Positions 38,869 to 47,683 of a DNA stretch of 64,000 bases are shown one piece after another; the stretch's first letter is position 1; each line of letters opens with the position of its first letter. The DNA comes from Oceanispirochaeta sp. (GTDB taxonomy: Bacteria > Spirochaetota > Spirochaetia > DSM-2461). The stretch is from positions 317,806 to 381,805 of the forward strand of contig CAXXOA010000003.1 in the NCBI GenBank assembly GCA_963666275.2, in the 5' to 3' direction. Position numbers and translations under genes: made by a program. Under the pieces are notes generated by a model. That model ran no database searches. It was not told the DNA's origin and worked only from the letters and a program-made list of their open reading frames with translations.

Positions 38869-39795
38869 TTAATAGAACATGCTGACCGCGATAACAGCAA
38901 TAACAGATAGGACAGTACTCAGTGACAGGGTATTGTTCACATAATCCAGATTTTCCCGGTCCTCCTGTTTCATATAGATGGAGATCACAAAGGGGGGAGG
39001 GAGCATAAACATGGTCAGAAGAGCGTATTCGTAAATTTTATCCAGCCCCAGGATGTTCCGGATAAACAGAATGTTGATTCCCAGAGCAATCACAAAAAGA
39101 AGGATTTTGCGGGTGAGCACGGTTTTAAGAGCCATGACCATGCCCTGCTTATGAAAGGTCAGTTCATAGCCAATCATCAGAGAGATAAGGGGAACAGTCA
39201 GCCCTCCCATAAGGGTAATGAATTCGTTCAGGCTGTCTGTCAGGGGCGAAGGAGATACCACCTTTTTCAGAAAGCTCGTGATGATCCCGGCGAATATGGC
39301 CAGAATAACGGGAGAGGTCAGAAATCCTTTTATAAGTTCCCCGGGATGGCCTACGCCCTCTTTTTCCCGCAGAAGAAGGGTCATCAGAACAAAAAACACA
39401 AATATGACCTGCCCCAGATCCATAAGGGCGAATCGGCTGATGTTCTCCTGGCCGTATAGGGAAAGGAACAGGGCGTATCCCAGCATACCCATTTCAAATC
39501 CCCCCATCATCAGGGAAAAGTAGGGGGATCGGATTCCCAGCAGCGCTGCGGCGCCTTTTCCCAGAAATATCATAAAAGCGCAGACCAGAAAGATCAGAAC
39601 AATCAGAGTAAGATACCGGGTTTCAAGTTCCAGTGAGGCGAAGGCAGAAAACAGCAGCGCCGGAAGAGCCATGGAGGAGACGACCTTCTTTATATCAGGA
39701 ACCGACCCGCTCTTGAGAAATCCCCTTTTGTTCAGTCCATATCCAAGAAGGAAAAACAGTATCACAGGTAGAACACTGAAAATTGTATCAGCCAT
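38869..39795 (-). CDS. AEC family transporter
   Basis: ALPALLF, EMGMLGY and SPVILA motifs, about 10 TM. Confidence 0.85.
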   Translation of the reverse strand: MADTIFSVLPVILFFLLGYGLNKRGFLKSGSVPDIKKVVSSMALPALLFSAFASLELETRYLTLIVLIFLVCAFMIFLGKGAAALLGIRSPYFSLMMGGFEMGMLGYALFLSLYGQENISRFALMDLGQVIFVFFVLMTLLLREKEGVGHPGELIKGFLTSPVILAIFAGIITSFLKKVVSPSPLTDSLNEFITLMGGLTVPLISLMIGYELTFHKQGMVMALKTVLTRKILLFVIALGINILFIRNILGLDKIYEYALLTMFMLPPPFVISIYMKQEDRENLDYVNNTLSLSTVLSVIAVIAVSMFY

Positions 39796-39911
39796 ATATA
39801 CTCCTTTATTCTGCTGTCAGATTCACCGGAAGAAAAGTTAGCGGTTCTCTGCAGTTCTATCAGTATAAAGGCTGTTCCGATTTTTTGAACAGCCCGGGGG
39901 GAAAAAGGCGT

Positions 39912-41246
39912 TCAGAATTCACCTTTCATAAAAAGTTCCCGGATTTTCTGTTCTGTCGTTTCCGGAGGATCCGCCGGGAATTCCCAGTAGGGCAGGGCGG
40001 GATGCCTGGTCAGACCCCTTTCTTCCGGTGACAGATCCGTTATAAGGGAGAGAAGGAAATCACTGCTGACCCGGGGACTATCAAGGAAGTAGAAGTGGCC
40101 GCCCCTGGAACTGACTCCTTCGGCCTGGCTCACATCAATGAGATGAAGACTTTCCCGGCTTCGGAGAAAACGGATAAGCTCGGGGGAAGCGATGCTGTAC
40201 TGCCATTTTTCCCCCAGTCTGGGGTTGCTGTGAACGGCATGGGATGCTTTTAAAAGCTGATCCTCTTCAGATACGTATACTGTAATTTCCTCCAGTGTTT
40301 TCAGAAGTCCGTCCTGAAGGTAGGTCCCGAAGAGTTCCCGATCCATATCGCTGGCAAGAAGGGTGAGAGAACCCAGTTTTGTTATCTTCCTGGATTCCGG
40401 TCCTGTCATCTCATGGTGGAGCAGAGAGATCTGGTTCAGAGCCTGTGTCACAAGCCTGGTGCCCGCGCTGTATCCGATAATATGAATTTTTTCCGCTTCT
40501 GTTGAATCTGCCAGATATTCAAGAAAAATTCTGAAGGTCCGAGCTGACGCGAGGGCTGTATCCACATCTCCCAGGTAGGCTGTCTCTTTATGAAAAGAAG
40601 GCCAGGAGTAGGCAATGAAAGCCCCCTGATAGCCTGTATAGTGCCAGAACTGGGAAGCCATCAGAAGAGGTTCTTCAAAGTTGGAGTTATACCCGTGGAC
40701 AAAAAGGAATATCTCCTTTGTCCGGGATTTTTCAAGGAGTCCGTTGACTCTCCGGGTAAAAATCTCCTCCCTGGAAATCATCTCCCTGTCGCGTTCTGTT
40801 ATTTCCGTATACTCTCCGATGCTCCGGTCCAGTACGGCCAGTTCCTTTACGGATGAGACATAGATTTTCGGACGGTCTCCTGTGGTTCGCATCTCTTCAA
40901 ACCGGGTCAGGTCATCCCAGGTACGTCCTTCTTCGGTCATTCCTATCTCAGCCTCTCCCAGTCTGAGAATATGCCCTCTGGCATTCTGATAGAATGGCAG
41001 ATCTTCATAGAAAGGCAAATCCGCATCCTTATCTGAAGGTGCTCTTGTTGTGGCATACAGAAAGGAAAGAGAAGTACTCACAGGAGGGAGTACTTCGGGA
41101 GAAAAGGGGTAGAGCCCCTGGTCGCTGTATATAGCCGGAGGCGGCATGGCCTCTATGTCGTAGGGCGCAATAAGATCGGTGGAAACGCAGCCCGTGAGAA
41201 GGATAAGAGTAAGGGCCCCCATGGCCGCGGAAATAATCCTTTTCAT
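39912..41246 (-). CDS. Alpha/beta hydrolase lipoprotein (DUF900-like)
   Basis: Lipobox LTGC, YATTR, FVHGYN, YSWPS, nucleophile elbow GYSAG, and GHFYF. Confidence 0.85.
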   Translation of the reverse strand: MKRIISAAMGALTLILLTGCVSTDLIAPYDIEAMPPPAIYSDQGLYPFSPEVLPPVSTSLSFLYATTRAPSDKDADLPFYEDLPFYQNARGHILRLGEAEIGMTEEGRTWDDLTRFEEMRTTGDRPKIYVSSVKELAVLDRSIGEYTEITERDREMISREEIFTRRVNGLLEKSRTKEIFLFVHGYNSNFEEPLLMASQFWHYTGYQGAFIAYSWPSFHKETAYLGDVDTALASARTFRIFLEYLADSTEAEKIHIIGYSAGTRLVTQALNQISLLHHEMTGPESRKITKLGSLTLLASDMDRELFGTYLQDGLLKTLEEITVYVSEEDQLLKASHAVHSNPRLGEKWQYSIASPELIRFLRSRESLHLIDVSQAEGVSSRGGHFYFLDSPRVSSDFLLSLITDLSPEERGLTRHPALPYWEFPADPPETTEQKIRELFMKGEF

Positions 41247-41250
41247 ATTT

Positions 41251-41928
41251 TCAGGATATCTCCCTCTGCATCATTCGTATGACATCTTCCGCACGGTAGG
41301 GGCCGCTATGGCCTGTATAGCAGAATCCTTTCAGCAGGGGAATCAGGGTGCTGTAGCTCTCCCGGAGTCTGTCTGGATTCTCAATAAAGAAAGGCCGGCC
41401 GGGTTTGCGCTTTTTTCCAGGCATGACCGTATCCCCCAGGACTGCGGATCCATCCTCCAGCAGAATGGAAATAGAACCCATCGTATGTCCGGGAGTGGGT
41501 ACGGCTCTGCCGGATACTCCGTAATCCTTCAGATCCGTCTCTGTCGTGATCGTTTTTTCAGGCTCCCTTGTGAATCCAGTCGATGCATTCAGCCGTGCCA
41601 GAGCGGCAATCAGTTTTCCTATCGGTCCTACTCCTTTTACGGGACTGCTCTTTCCGTTCCTGAGGGCAGCCCCTGCCTTTTCGTGACACAGAACCGGTGG
41701 GTTGCCGCAGACTTCCAGACAAACGGGGAGACCTCCGAGATGATCCTTATGACCATGGGTCAGAATGATGAGCTGAACATCTTCCGGTTTCAGATTCAGT
41801 TTCATAAACTCATTTTTCAACTGTTTACTCTTCCATTTCATTCCGGTATCAACCAGTACCAGTCCCTCTCCTTCAAGAAGGAAGCAGTTGGCATACCCAT
41901 TCTGCAGCAGATGTACTTTCGTTGTCAT
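41251..41928 (-). CDS. MBL-fold metallo-hydrolase
   Basis: LVDTG, THGHKDHLGG, TPGHT and GD motifs. RBS GGGAGA before ATG 41928. Confidence 0.9.
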   Translation of the reverse strand: MTTKVHLLQNGYANCFLLEGEGLVLVDTGMKWKSKQLKNEFMKLNLKPEDVQLIILTHGHKDHLGGLPVCLEVCGNPPVLCHEKAGAALRNGKSSPVKGVGPIGKLIAALARLNASTGFTREPEKTITTETDLKDYGVSGRAVPTPGHTMGSISILLEDGSAVLGDTVMPGKKRKPGRPFFIENPDRLRESYSTLIPLLKGFCYTGHSGPYRAEDVIRMMQREIS

Positions 41929-42053
41929 ATCTGTATCTCCCTGTTTCCTGTTATTATAAAGCAAAAAAGGGGCCTGGGCATCCCCGTGATTGTGAAAGTT
42001 CAGGATAATATGATAAAGTGGGAACAGAAAAAAATCCCCCCTAGGAGTACCCA

Positions 42054-43232
42054 ATGGCTGTTTCAAGACGTATACAGGAAATGCAGGCATCATCCTCATT
42101 CATCAGAAAAATGTTCGAAACCGGAACCCGGTTGAAAGAAGAGTTCGGACCGGAAAATGTGTTTGATTTTTCCATCGGAAACCCTGATGCTCTCCCCCCC
42201 GCGGAATTTACCCGGGTGCTCCTTGAAGAGGCCGGCAGAGAAGAAATGCACGGCTACATGGCCAATGCGGGTTACCCCTTTGTGAGGGAACAGATCGCAT
42301 CCTATCTGGAAAAGGAACAGCTGGTTCCCTTTAAAGGGGATCACATCCTCATGACAAGCGGCGCCGGGGGGGCTCTGAATGTCGCCCTGAAAACAATTCT
42401 GAATCCCGGGGATAAAGTTCTTGTCAGCCGTCCCTGTTTTATGGAGTACAAATTCTACTGCGACAATCACGGGGGATCTCTGGAACTGGTTGACTGCAAA
42501 CCCGATTTTGACCTTAATGTGGAGGCCCTTGAAAAAGCGGTTGATGAAACCACAGCGGCTCTTATTATCAATTCTCCCAATAATCCTTCCGGTCGGATAT
42601 ATCCCGAAAGCACCCTGACGGAGCTGGCGGATATGCTTGAAAGGAAAAGCAGGGAGATCGGACGCCGCATCTATATCCTCTGTGATGAACCCTACAGGAA
42701 GATTGTTTACGGCGGAGCGGTCGTCCCCTCCATTCCCGCCCTGTATCCCCATACTATGATCTGTACATCCTACTCCAAGGATCTGTCGGTTCCGGGTGAA
42801 AGAATCGGTTTTCTGGCTGTTGCTCCGGAACTGGAGGACCGGGATCATATTGTGGGAGGAGCCATCCTCTGCAACAGGATCCTGGGATATGTGAATGCTT
42901 CCGCGCTGATGCAGAGAGTGGTAGGACGTCTCCAGGGAATCTCCTGCGATGTGAGCCAATATGAACGGAAGCGGAATCTTCTGGGAGGGATCCTTCAGGA
43001 CTGCGGTTTTGATCTTACTCTGCCCGAAGGAACATTCTACCTGTTTCCCCGGGCTCCCATGGGAGATGATCAGCTGGTGGTAGATTTTCTGCAGGAGCAG
43101 AATATCCTGACTGTTCCGGGAAAGGGCTTCGGACTCCCCGGATATTTCCGCCTTTCCTACTGTGTGGACGACGAGGTTATCCAGAGGTCCGAACCGGCCT
43201 TCAAACGGGCAGCGGAGAAAATCTTCGGATAA
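42054..43232 (+). CDS. PLP-dependent aminotransferase class I/II (aspartate aminotransferase-like)
   Basis: NSPNNPSG, DEPY and SYSKDLSVPGERIG. Confidence 0.93.
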   Translation: MAVSRRIQEMQASSSFIRKMFETGTRLKEEFGPENVFDFSIGNPDALPPAEFTRVLLEEAGREEMHGYMANAGYPFVREQIASYLEKEQLVPFKGDHILMTSGAGGALNVALKTILNPGDKVLVSRPCFMEYKFYCDNHGGSLELVDCKPDFDLNVEALEKAVDETTAALIINSPNNPSGRIYPESTLTELADMLERKSREIGRRIYILCDEPYRKIVYGGAVVPSIPALYPHTMICTSYSKDLSVPGERIGFLAVAPELEDRDHIVGGAILCNRILGYVNASALMQRVVGRLQGISCDVSQYERKRNLLGGILQDCGFDLTLPEGTFYLFPRAPMGDDQLVVDFLQEQNILTVPGKGFGLPGYFRLSYCVDDEVIQRSEPAFKRAAEKIFG

Positions 43233-43318
43233 TCTGAAGGTTTTTCTCCTGCTTTTGAATCAGTCCTGTCACTTTCCTTGTTGTAAGTCCTGAATGGTTT
43301 TATAATGAAGGAGAGTGT

Positions 43319-43704
43319 ATGGGAGATGCCCTTGTGGAAAACAGAGATCTTGAAAAAATCGGCGACTATGTAAAAAAACATCTGGTCCAATGGATGGAGA
43401 GGCAAGGATCCTGCCATCGGCAGGAAGTACCGATGGGGGTACACCGGTCATTAGCCTGGAAACTGCAGAAAGGATTGTCCGTGTAGAAGAGGGAATCAAA
43501 CATCAGGGAGAGCTTCTCGAAAAAACCCTGGAGTACATGGAGAAGCGTTTTGAGCAGGTCGATAAAAGATTTGAGCAGGTGGACAAGAGATTCGAAGAAC
43601 TCCGCAGCGATATGAATTCCCGGTTTAATCAGATGTTTGCCTATTATACGACAGGTATCATACTCCTGGGGGTTCTCATGTCTGTCTATCAGTTCCTCGG
43701 ATGA
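43319..43704 (+). pseudogene. Apparently frameshifted coiled-coil membrane-anchored protein (DUF1640/KRFEQVD-repeat type)
   Basis: RBS AAGGAG-ATG at 43319 opens MGDALVENRDLEKIGDYVKKHLVQWMERQG (stop 43486). The heptad repeats and TM tail lie in the -1 frame (ORF 43390-43704). One extra base near 43407 would join them. Confidence 0.55.
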
Positions 43705-43707
43705 TTT

Positions 43708-43971
43708 CTATAGGGCTTTTTCAAGCTTCCGATTCCGAAAATACAAAGCCGCATCCACTGATACCATTATAAGATTGAGAATATAGAAAATGATCACAAT
43801 GTCCATGGAATAAACCAGTTTGTGGAGGACTCCGCTGACATAACCGGTCCAGATTATAATCAGAAAAGGAAGGCTTTTTCCTTTTGTGCTTTTTGATTTA
43901 AGAGATTTGTATATGGATGTGGGCCAGGCACAGCCGAAGGCGAAAATCATCAGGGCTTCGAAAATACTCAT
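43708..43971 (-). CDS. Small 3-TM membrane protein (PQ-loop/SemiSWEET-like)
   Basis: 87 aa with WPTSIYKSLKSKSTKGKS and three hydrophobic segments. RBS AAGGA. Confidence 0.75.
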   Translation of the reverse strand: MSIFEALMIFAFGCAWPTSIYKSLKSKSTKGKSLPFLIIIWTGYVSGVLHKLVYSMDIVIIFYILNLIMVSVDAALYFRNRKLEKAL

Positions 43972-44061
43972 TGCATTCCTTCTTATGAATTGTTCCGTGT
44001 CCTCTCACCATACCAGAAAGACTCTGACTCTGCCATCATTTTCTGCATTTGTGCAGAACCA

Positions 44062-44089
44062 TTGACTTTCCCGGTCTCCCTGCTAGAAT
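44062..44089 (+). promoter_or_regulatory. Sigma-70 promoter, likely leaderless
   Basis: TTGACT-16-TAGAAT with an extended TG, 6 nt before ATG 44096. Confidence 0.65.
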
Positions 44090-44095
44090 AACTTT

Positions 44096-44572
44096 ATGAA
44101 CACATCAGAAGAAAGCACCAGAGGATTTGTTTCCGCACTGTTTCTCAGTAAAGAGAAGGGGACTCCCCGCCTTGAGATTCCCGAAGGCTATTTCAGGTCT
44201 GAATACGGTCTGGAGGGAGATGCCTGGTCAGGCCCCGGGGACAGACAGGTTGTTATCCTCTCCCAGAGGAGGAGGCAGGATGTGCTTGATGATGTCCGCA
44301 ACGGCCTCTGTTATCCCAAATTCATGGAAACCCTCCAGGTGGGGGGGCTTGCTCTGGAAGCCTGTTCTATAGGGACAAAATTCCTTGCCGGTGAAGCCCT
44401 TATGGAAATTACCGGTGTGGGGAAACGCTGTTTTAAAGAGTGTGAGGTTGTGCAGTCCGGATCTGTCTGCAGTCTCAGGAAAGGGGCTGTTTTTGCCCGG
44501 GTCATCCAGTCGGGCAGAATCCGCCGGGATGACGATATTCAGATCCTTCAGACTAATCCAGAATCCGCATAG
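44096..44572 (+). CDS. MOSC domain protein
   Basis: GLEGDA..RQV, GKRCFKEC and GAVFARVIQSGRI motifs. Confidence 0.88.
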   Translation: MNTSEESTRGFVSALFLSKEKGTPRLEIPEGYFRSEYGLEGDAWSGPGDRQVVILSQRRRQDVLDDVRNGLCYPKFMETLQVGGLALEACSIGTKFLAGEALMEITGVGKRCFKECEVVQSGSVCSLRKGAVFARVIQSGRIRRDDDIQILQTNPESA

Positions 44573-45545
44573 TTGTTGGCAGCCGGATCTCCCGGGGCTC
44601 GGAACTGTTGCCGCTGATCCTTTCTAAAAGGATGCCCGCGGCTTTCCTGCCGATCTCTTCCATGGGCTGGGCGATGATAATACTGGAATAGGGGAAAAAC
44701 GAAGCCAGTGGCATGTCGTCAAAAGAGAGGATATGCAGTCCGCTGGGGTTGCCGGGGTTTTCCATCAGGTATCGGGCCGCTCCCAGGTGCATGAAATAGT
44801 TGGAAATAAAGATATGCCGCGGTGGTTGAGGCTGTTTCATCAGGGTATTCATAAGAGTGTAGCCGCTCTGGATATGGTAGTCTCCGAAAAGGATTATGGA
44901 ATCGTCCGCTTCCAGTCCTCCCTCTTCCAGGGCCGCCAGATACCCTTCGTATCGCTCCCTGGCTGAGGTTAACCCCATATCTCCCCCCAGAAATCCGATC
45001 CTCCGGGCGCCCTTGCCTATGGAGTACTGCACCGCCTCAAAGGCTCCTCTGTAGTTGTCTGATAGAACGGCATCTGTTTTAAAATCTTCCACTGTCCGGT
45101 CCACAAGAACAATTGGTTTTTTCTGAAAAAGGGAAAAATGCTTTCCCGTGTGGCTGCCGGGGATTATGATGGCTCCATCCACATTCTTTTCATTGAGCAG
45201 CTGGATCTGCTCTTTTTCCTTGATCACATCCTCGCTGGAACTGCAGAGAATAACCGAATAGCCGAACTGCTGCAGCTCCTGTTCCACTCCGGTAACGATA
45301 TTCATAAAAAAGTCATTGCTGAATTCAGGGGCAATGATTCCTATGGTATGGGTTTTATTGGTTTTCAGGCTTCTTGCTACCTGGTTCATCCTGTATCCCA
45401 GAGCCTTTATGGAATCCTGTACATGCTTCGCTGTTTCCGGCTTGACCTTGGGATCCCCGTTGATCACCCGGGATACAGTGGCCGTGGAGACTCCTGCATG
45501 GGTGGCTACATCTTTCACAGTGACTGTGCGGTTTCTATTGTCCAT
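44553..45545 (-). CDS. LacI family transcriptional regulator
   Basis: TVKDVATHAGVSTATVSRVING HTH followed by a sugar-binding domain. Confidence 0.95.
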   Translation of the reverse strand: MDNRNRTVTVKDVATHAGVSTATVSRVINGDPKVKPETAKHVQDSIKALGYRMNQVARSLKTNKTHTIGIIAPEFSNDFFMNIVTGVEQELQQFGYSVILCSSSEDVIKEKEQIQLLNEKNVDGAIIIPGSHTGKHFSLFQKKPIVLVDRTVEDFKTDAVLSDNYRGAFEAVQYSIGKGARRIGFLGGDMGLTSARERYEGYLAALEEGGLEADDSIILFGDYHIQSGYTLMNTLMKQPQPPRHIFISNYFMHLGAARYLMENPGNPSGLHILSFDDMPLASFFPYSSIIIAQPMEEIGRKAAGILLERISGNSSEPREIRLPTTMRILD

Positions 45546-45656
45546 TTTTCACTCATTCCTATTTCAGCCATACAGCATAGGGGGCAATCCGGTCTCTGAC
45601 AACGGGCAGAAAGATTTTGAAGAATTTTCTTGCAACATAGCCAAAGCCATGTAATA

Positions 45657-45672
45657 ATGTAATCGATTACAT
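45657..45672. promoter_or_regulatory. LacI-type operator overlapping the fucI promoter
   Basis: Perfect 16-bp palindrome ATGTAATCGATTACAT with a central CG. It overlaps the -10 of TTGCAA(45630)-17-AATAAT. Confidence 0.8.
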
Positions 45673-45761
45673 CAGAGTTGTAAAGTATTTTTTATTCTAC
45701 CTGATATCCACAGCGGAGAGAGGATGGGGAATAAAAACAGAATATACAGAAGGAGTTATTC

Positions 45762-47570
45762 ATGGATATTAAAATGACAGAACCTGTTAACAGGCTCAAA
45801 GGCAGCATGCCCAAGGTCGGTATCCGGCCCGTTATTGACGGCCGTGAAAGAGGAGTCCGGGAATCCCTGGAAGTTCAGACAATGAATATGGCCAAATCGG
45901 CTGCCAGACTGATTGAAGAGAATCTGACCCATTCCAACGGTCTTCCCGTGGAATGTGTCATTGCTGACAGTACAGTCGGCGGATTTGCCGAGGCTGCGGA
46001 ATGTGCCGAGAAGTTTGCCAGAGAAGGAGTGGGAGTTTCTCTGACAGTGACTCCCTGCTGGTGCTATGGAACAGAAGTTATGGATAAAGACCCTCTTGTT
46101 CCCAAAGCAGTCTGGGGATTCAATGGGACGGAACGGCCCGGCGCTGTCTATCTGGCAGCGGCCCTGGCAGGATATACCCAGAAAGGTCTGCCCGCATTCG
46201 GTATTTACGGAAGGGATGTGCAGGATTCAGATGACACCTCTGTTCCCGGAGATGTAAAAGCCAAGATACTCAGATTTGTCAAAGCCGGTCTTGCGGTGGC
46301 AACAATGAAAGGAAAGTCCTATCTTTCCGTCGGCGGTATGTCTATGGGGATCGCCGGATCTCTGGTAGATCAGGATTTCCTTCTGGATTACCTGGGAATG
46401 AGCACTGAAGTTGTTGATATGAGTGAAATCGCCCGGCGTGTAGAAGAGGATATCTATGATCCCGAAGAGTACAAACGGGCTCTGAAATGGGTGAAGGAAA
46501 ACTGTAAAGAACAGGAAGACACTGTGAATGCTCCCGAATACAGAAGGAGCAAGGAACAGAGGGAAGCCGACTGGGAATATGTTGTAAAGATGGTCCTGAT
46601 CGGAAAAGATCTGATGGTGGGAAACCCCAAACTGAAAGAGCTCGGGTTCGGTGAAGAATCCAGAGGCCGGAATGCCATCGCCGGGGGATTCCAGGGACAG
46701 AGATCCTGGACCGATCACTATCCCAACGGGGACTTTATGGAGATCATGCTGAATACCTCTTTTGACTGGGACGGTATCCGGGAAGCCTTTATCTTTGCCA
46801 CTGAAAATGATCATCTCAACGGAATTTCCATGCTCTTCGGTCACCTTCTGACCAATACCGCCCAGATTTTCAGTGATGTCAGAACCTACTGGAGTCCCGA
46901 AGCCATTGAAAGGGTTACCGGATGGAAACCTGACGGACTGGCCAAAGAGGGATTCATTCATCTGATCAATTCTGGGTCCACCACATTGGACGGAGCCGGG
47001 CAGATGACAGATGCCGAAGGCAAGCCTGTTATGAAACCCTTCTGGGAGATCACCGCCGAAGATGTGGATAAGACCATGAAAGCAACAGAGTTCTGCGTCG
47101 GTGACGGCGGTTACTTCCGGGGAGGCGGTTATTCTTCCGATTTCCTGACCAAAGGCGGTATGCCTGTGACTATGGTCCGCCTGAATCTCGTCAAAGGTCT
47201 GGGCCCTGTTCTTCAGCTTGCTGAGGGATGGACCGTGGATGTTCCCCAGGAAGTTCATGACACCCTGGATGTAAGAACCAACCCGACCTGGCCGACTACA
47301 TGGTTTGTTCCCAGAACAACCGGCGAAGGCGCTTTCAAGGATGTTTACTCTGTTATGGCAAACTGGGGAGCCAATCACGGTGCCGTCAGCTACGGTCATA
47401 TCGGAGAAGATCTTGTGACCCTCTGTTCCATGCTGAGGATCCCTGTGTGCATGCATAATGTGGAGGGAGATCTCTTCCGGCCCAGTGCCTGGGCATCCTT
47501 CGGTATGGATCCTGAAGGATCCGATTACAGGGCCTGTGAGAATTTCGGCCCTCTCTACGGTAAATACTGA
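45762..47570 (+). CDS. fucI: L-fucose isomerase
   Basis: [37 protein letters not shown] and WGANH motifs. Confidence 0.96.
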   Translation: MDIKMTEPVNRLKGSMPKVGIRPVIDGRERGVRESLEVQTMNMAKSAARLIEENLTHSNGLPVECVIADSTVGGFAEAAECAEKFAREGVGVSLTVTPCWCYGTEVMDKDPLVPKAVWGFNGTERPGAVYLAAALAGYTQKGLPAFGIYGRDVQDSDDTSVPGDVKAKILRFVKAGLAVATMKGKSYLSVGGMSMGIAGSLVDQDFLLDYLGMSTEVVDMSEIARRVEEDIYDPEEYKRALKWVKENCKEQEDTVNAPEYRRSKEQREADWEYVVKMVLIGKDLMVGNPKLKELGFGEESRGRNAIAGGFQGQRSWTDHYPNGDFMEIMLNTSFDWDGIREAFIFATENDHLNGISMLFGHLLTNTAQIFSDVRTYWSPEAIERVTGWKPDGLAKEGFIHLINSGSTTLDGAGQMTDAEGKPVMKPFWEITAEDVDKTMKATEFCVGDGGYFRGGGYSSDFLTKGGMPVTMVRLNLVKGLGPVLQLAEGWTVDVPQEVHDTLDVRTNPTWPTTWFVPRTTGEGAFKDVYSVMANWGANHGAVSYGHIGEDLVTLCSMLRIPVCMHNVEGDLFRPSAWASFGMDPEGSDYRACENFGPLYGKY

Positions 47571-47595
47571 AGTTTTTTGTAGATAATCTTTTTCT

Positions 47596-47630
47596 GCCTG
47601 CCGGTTCCTCCTTGCCGGCAGGCTTTTTTT
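47596..47630 (+). terminator. Intrinsic terminator after fucI
   Basis: GCCTGCCGG/CCGGCAGGC stem followed by a T-run. Confidence 0.85.
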
Positions 47631-47683
47631 GCGTTTACTCCTAATATTGACAGTTTCTCACAGAGGATGGATAGTTAAGCTAT

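Noticed and set aside
41990..42008. Rex-like site TTGTGAAAGTTCAGG (also TTCACAA near 25440)
   Set aside because: Only half of TTGTGAA-N4-TTCACAA is present in each case.
20261..47456. Long antisense ORFs (e.g. 20261-21520, 22782-23735, 23762-25366, 27109-28098, 46227-47456)
   Set aside because: These are shadow frames opposite well-supported genes, with no recognisable motifs or RBS.
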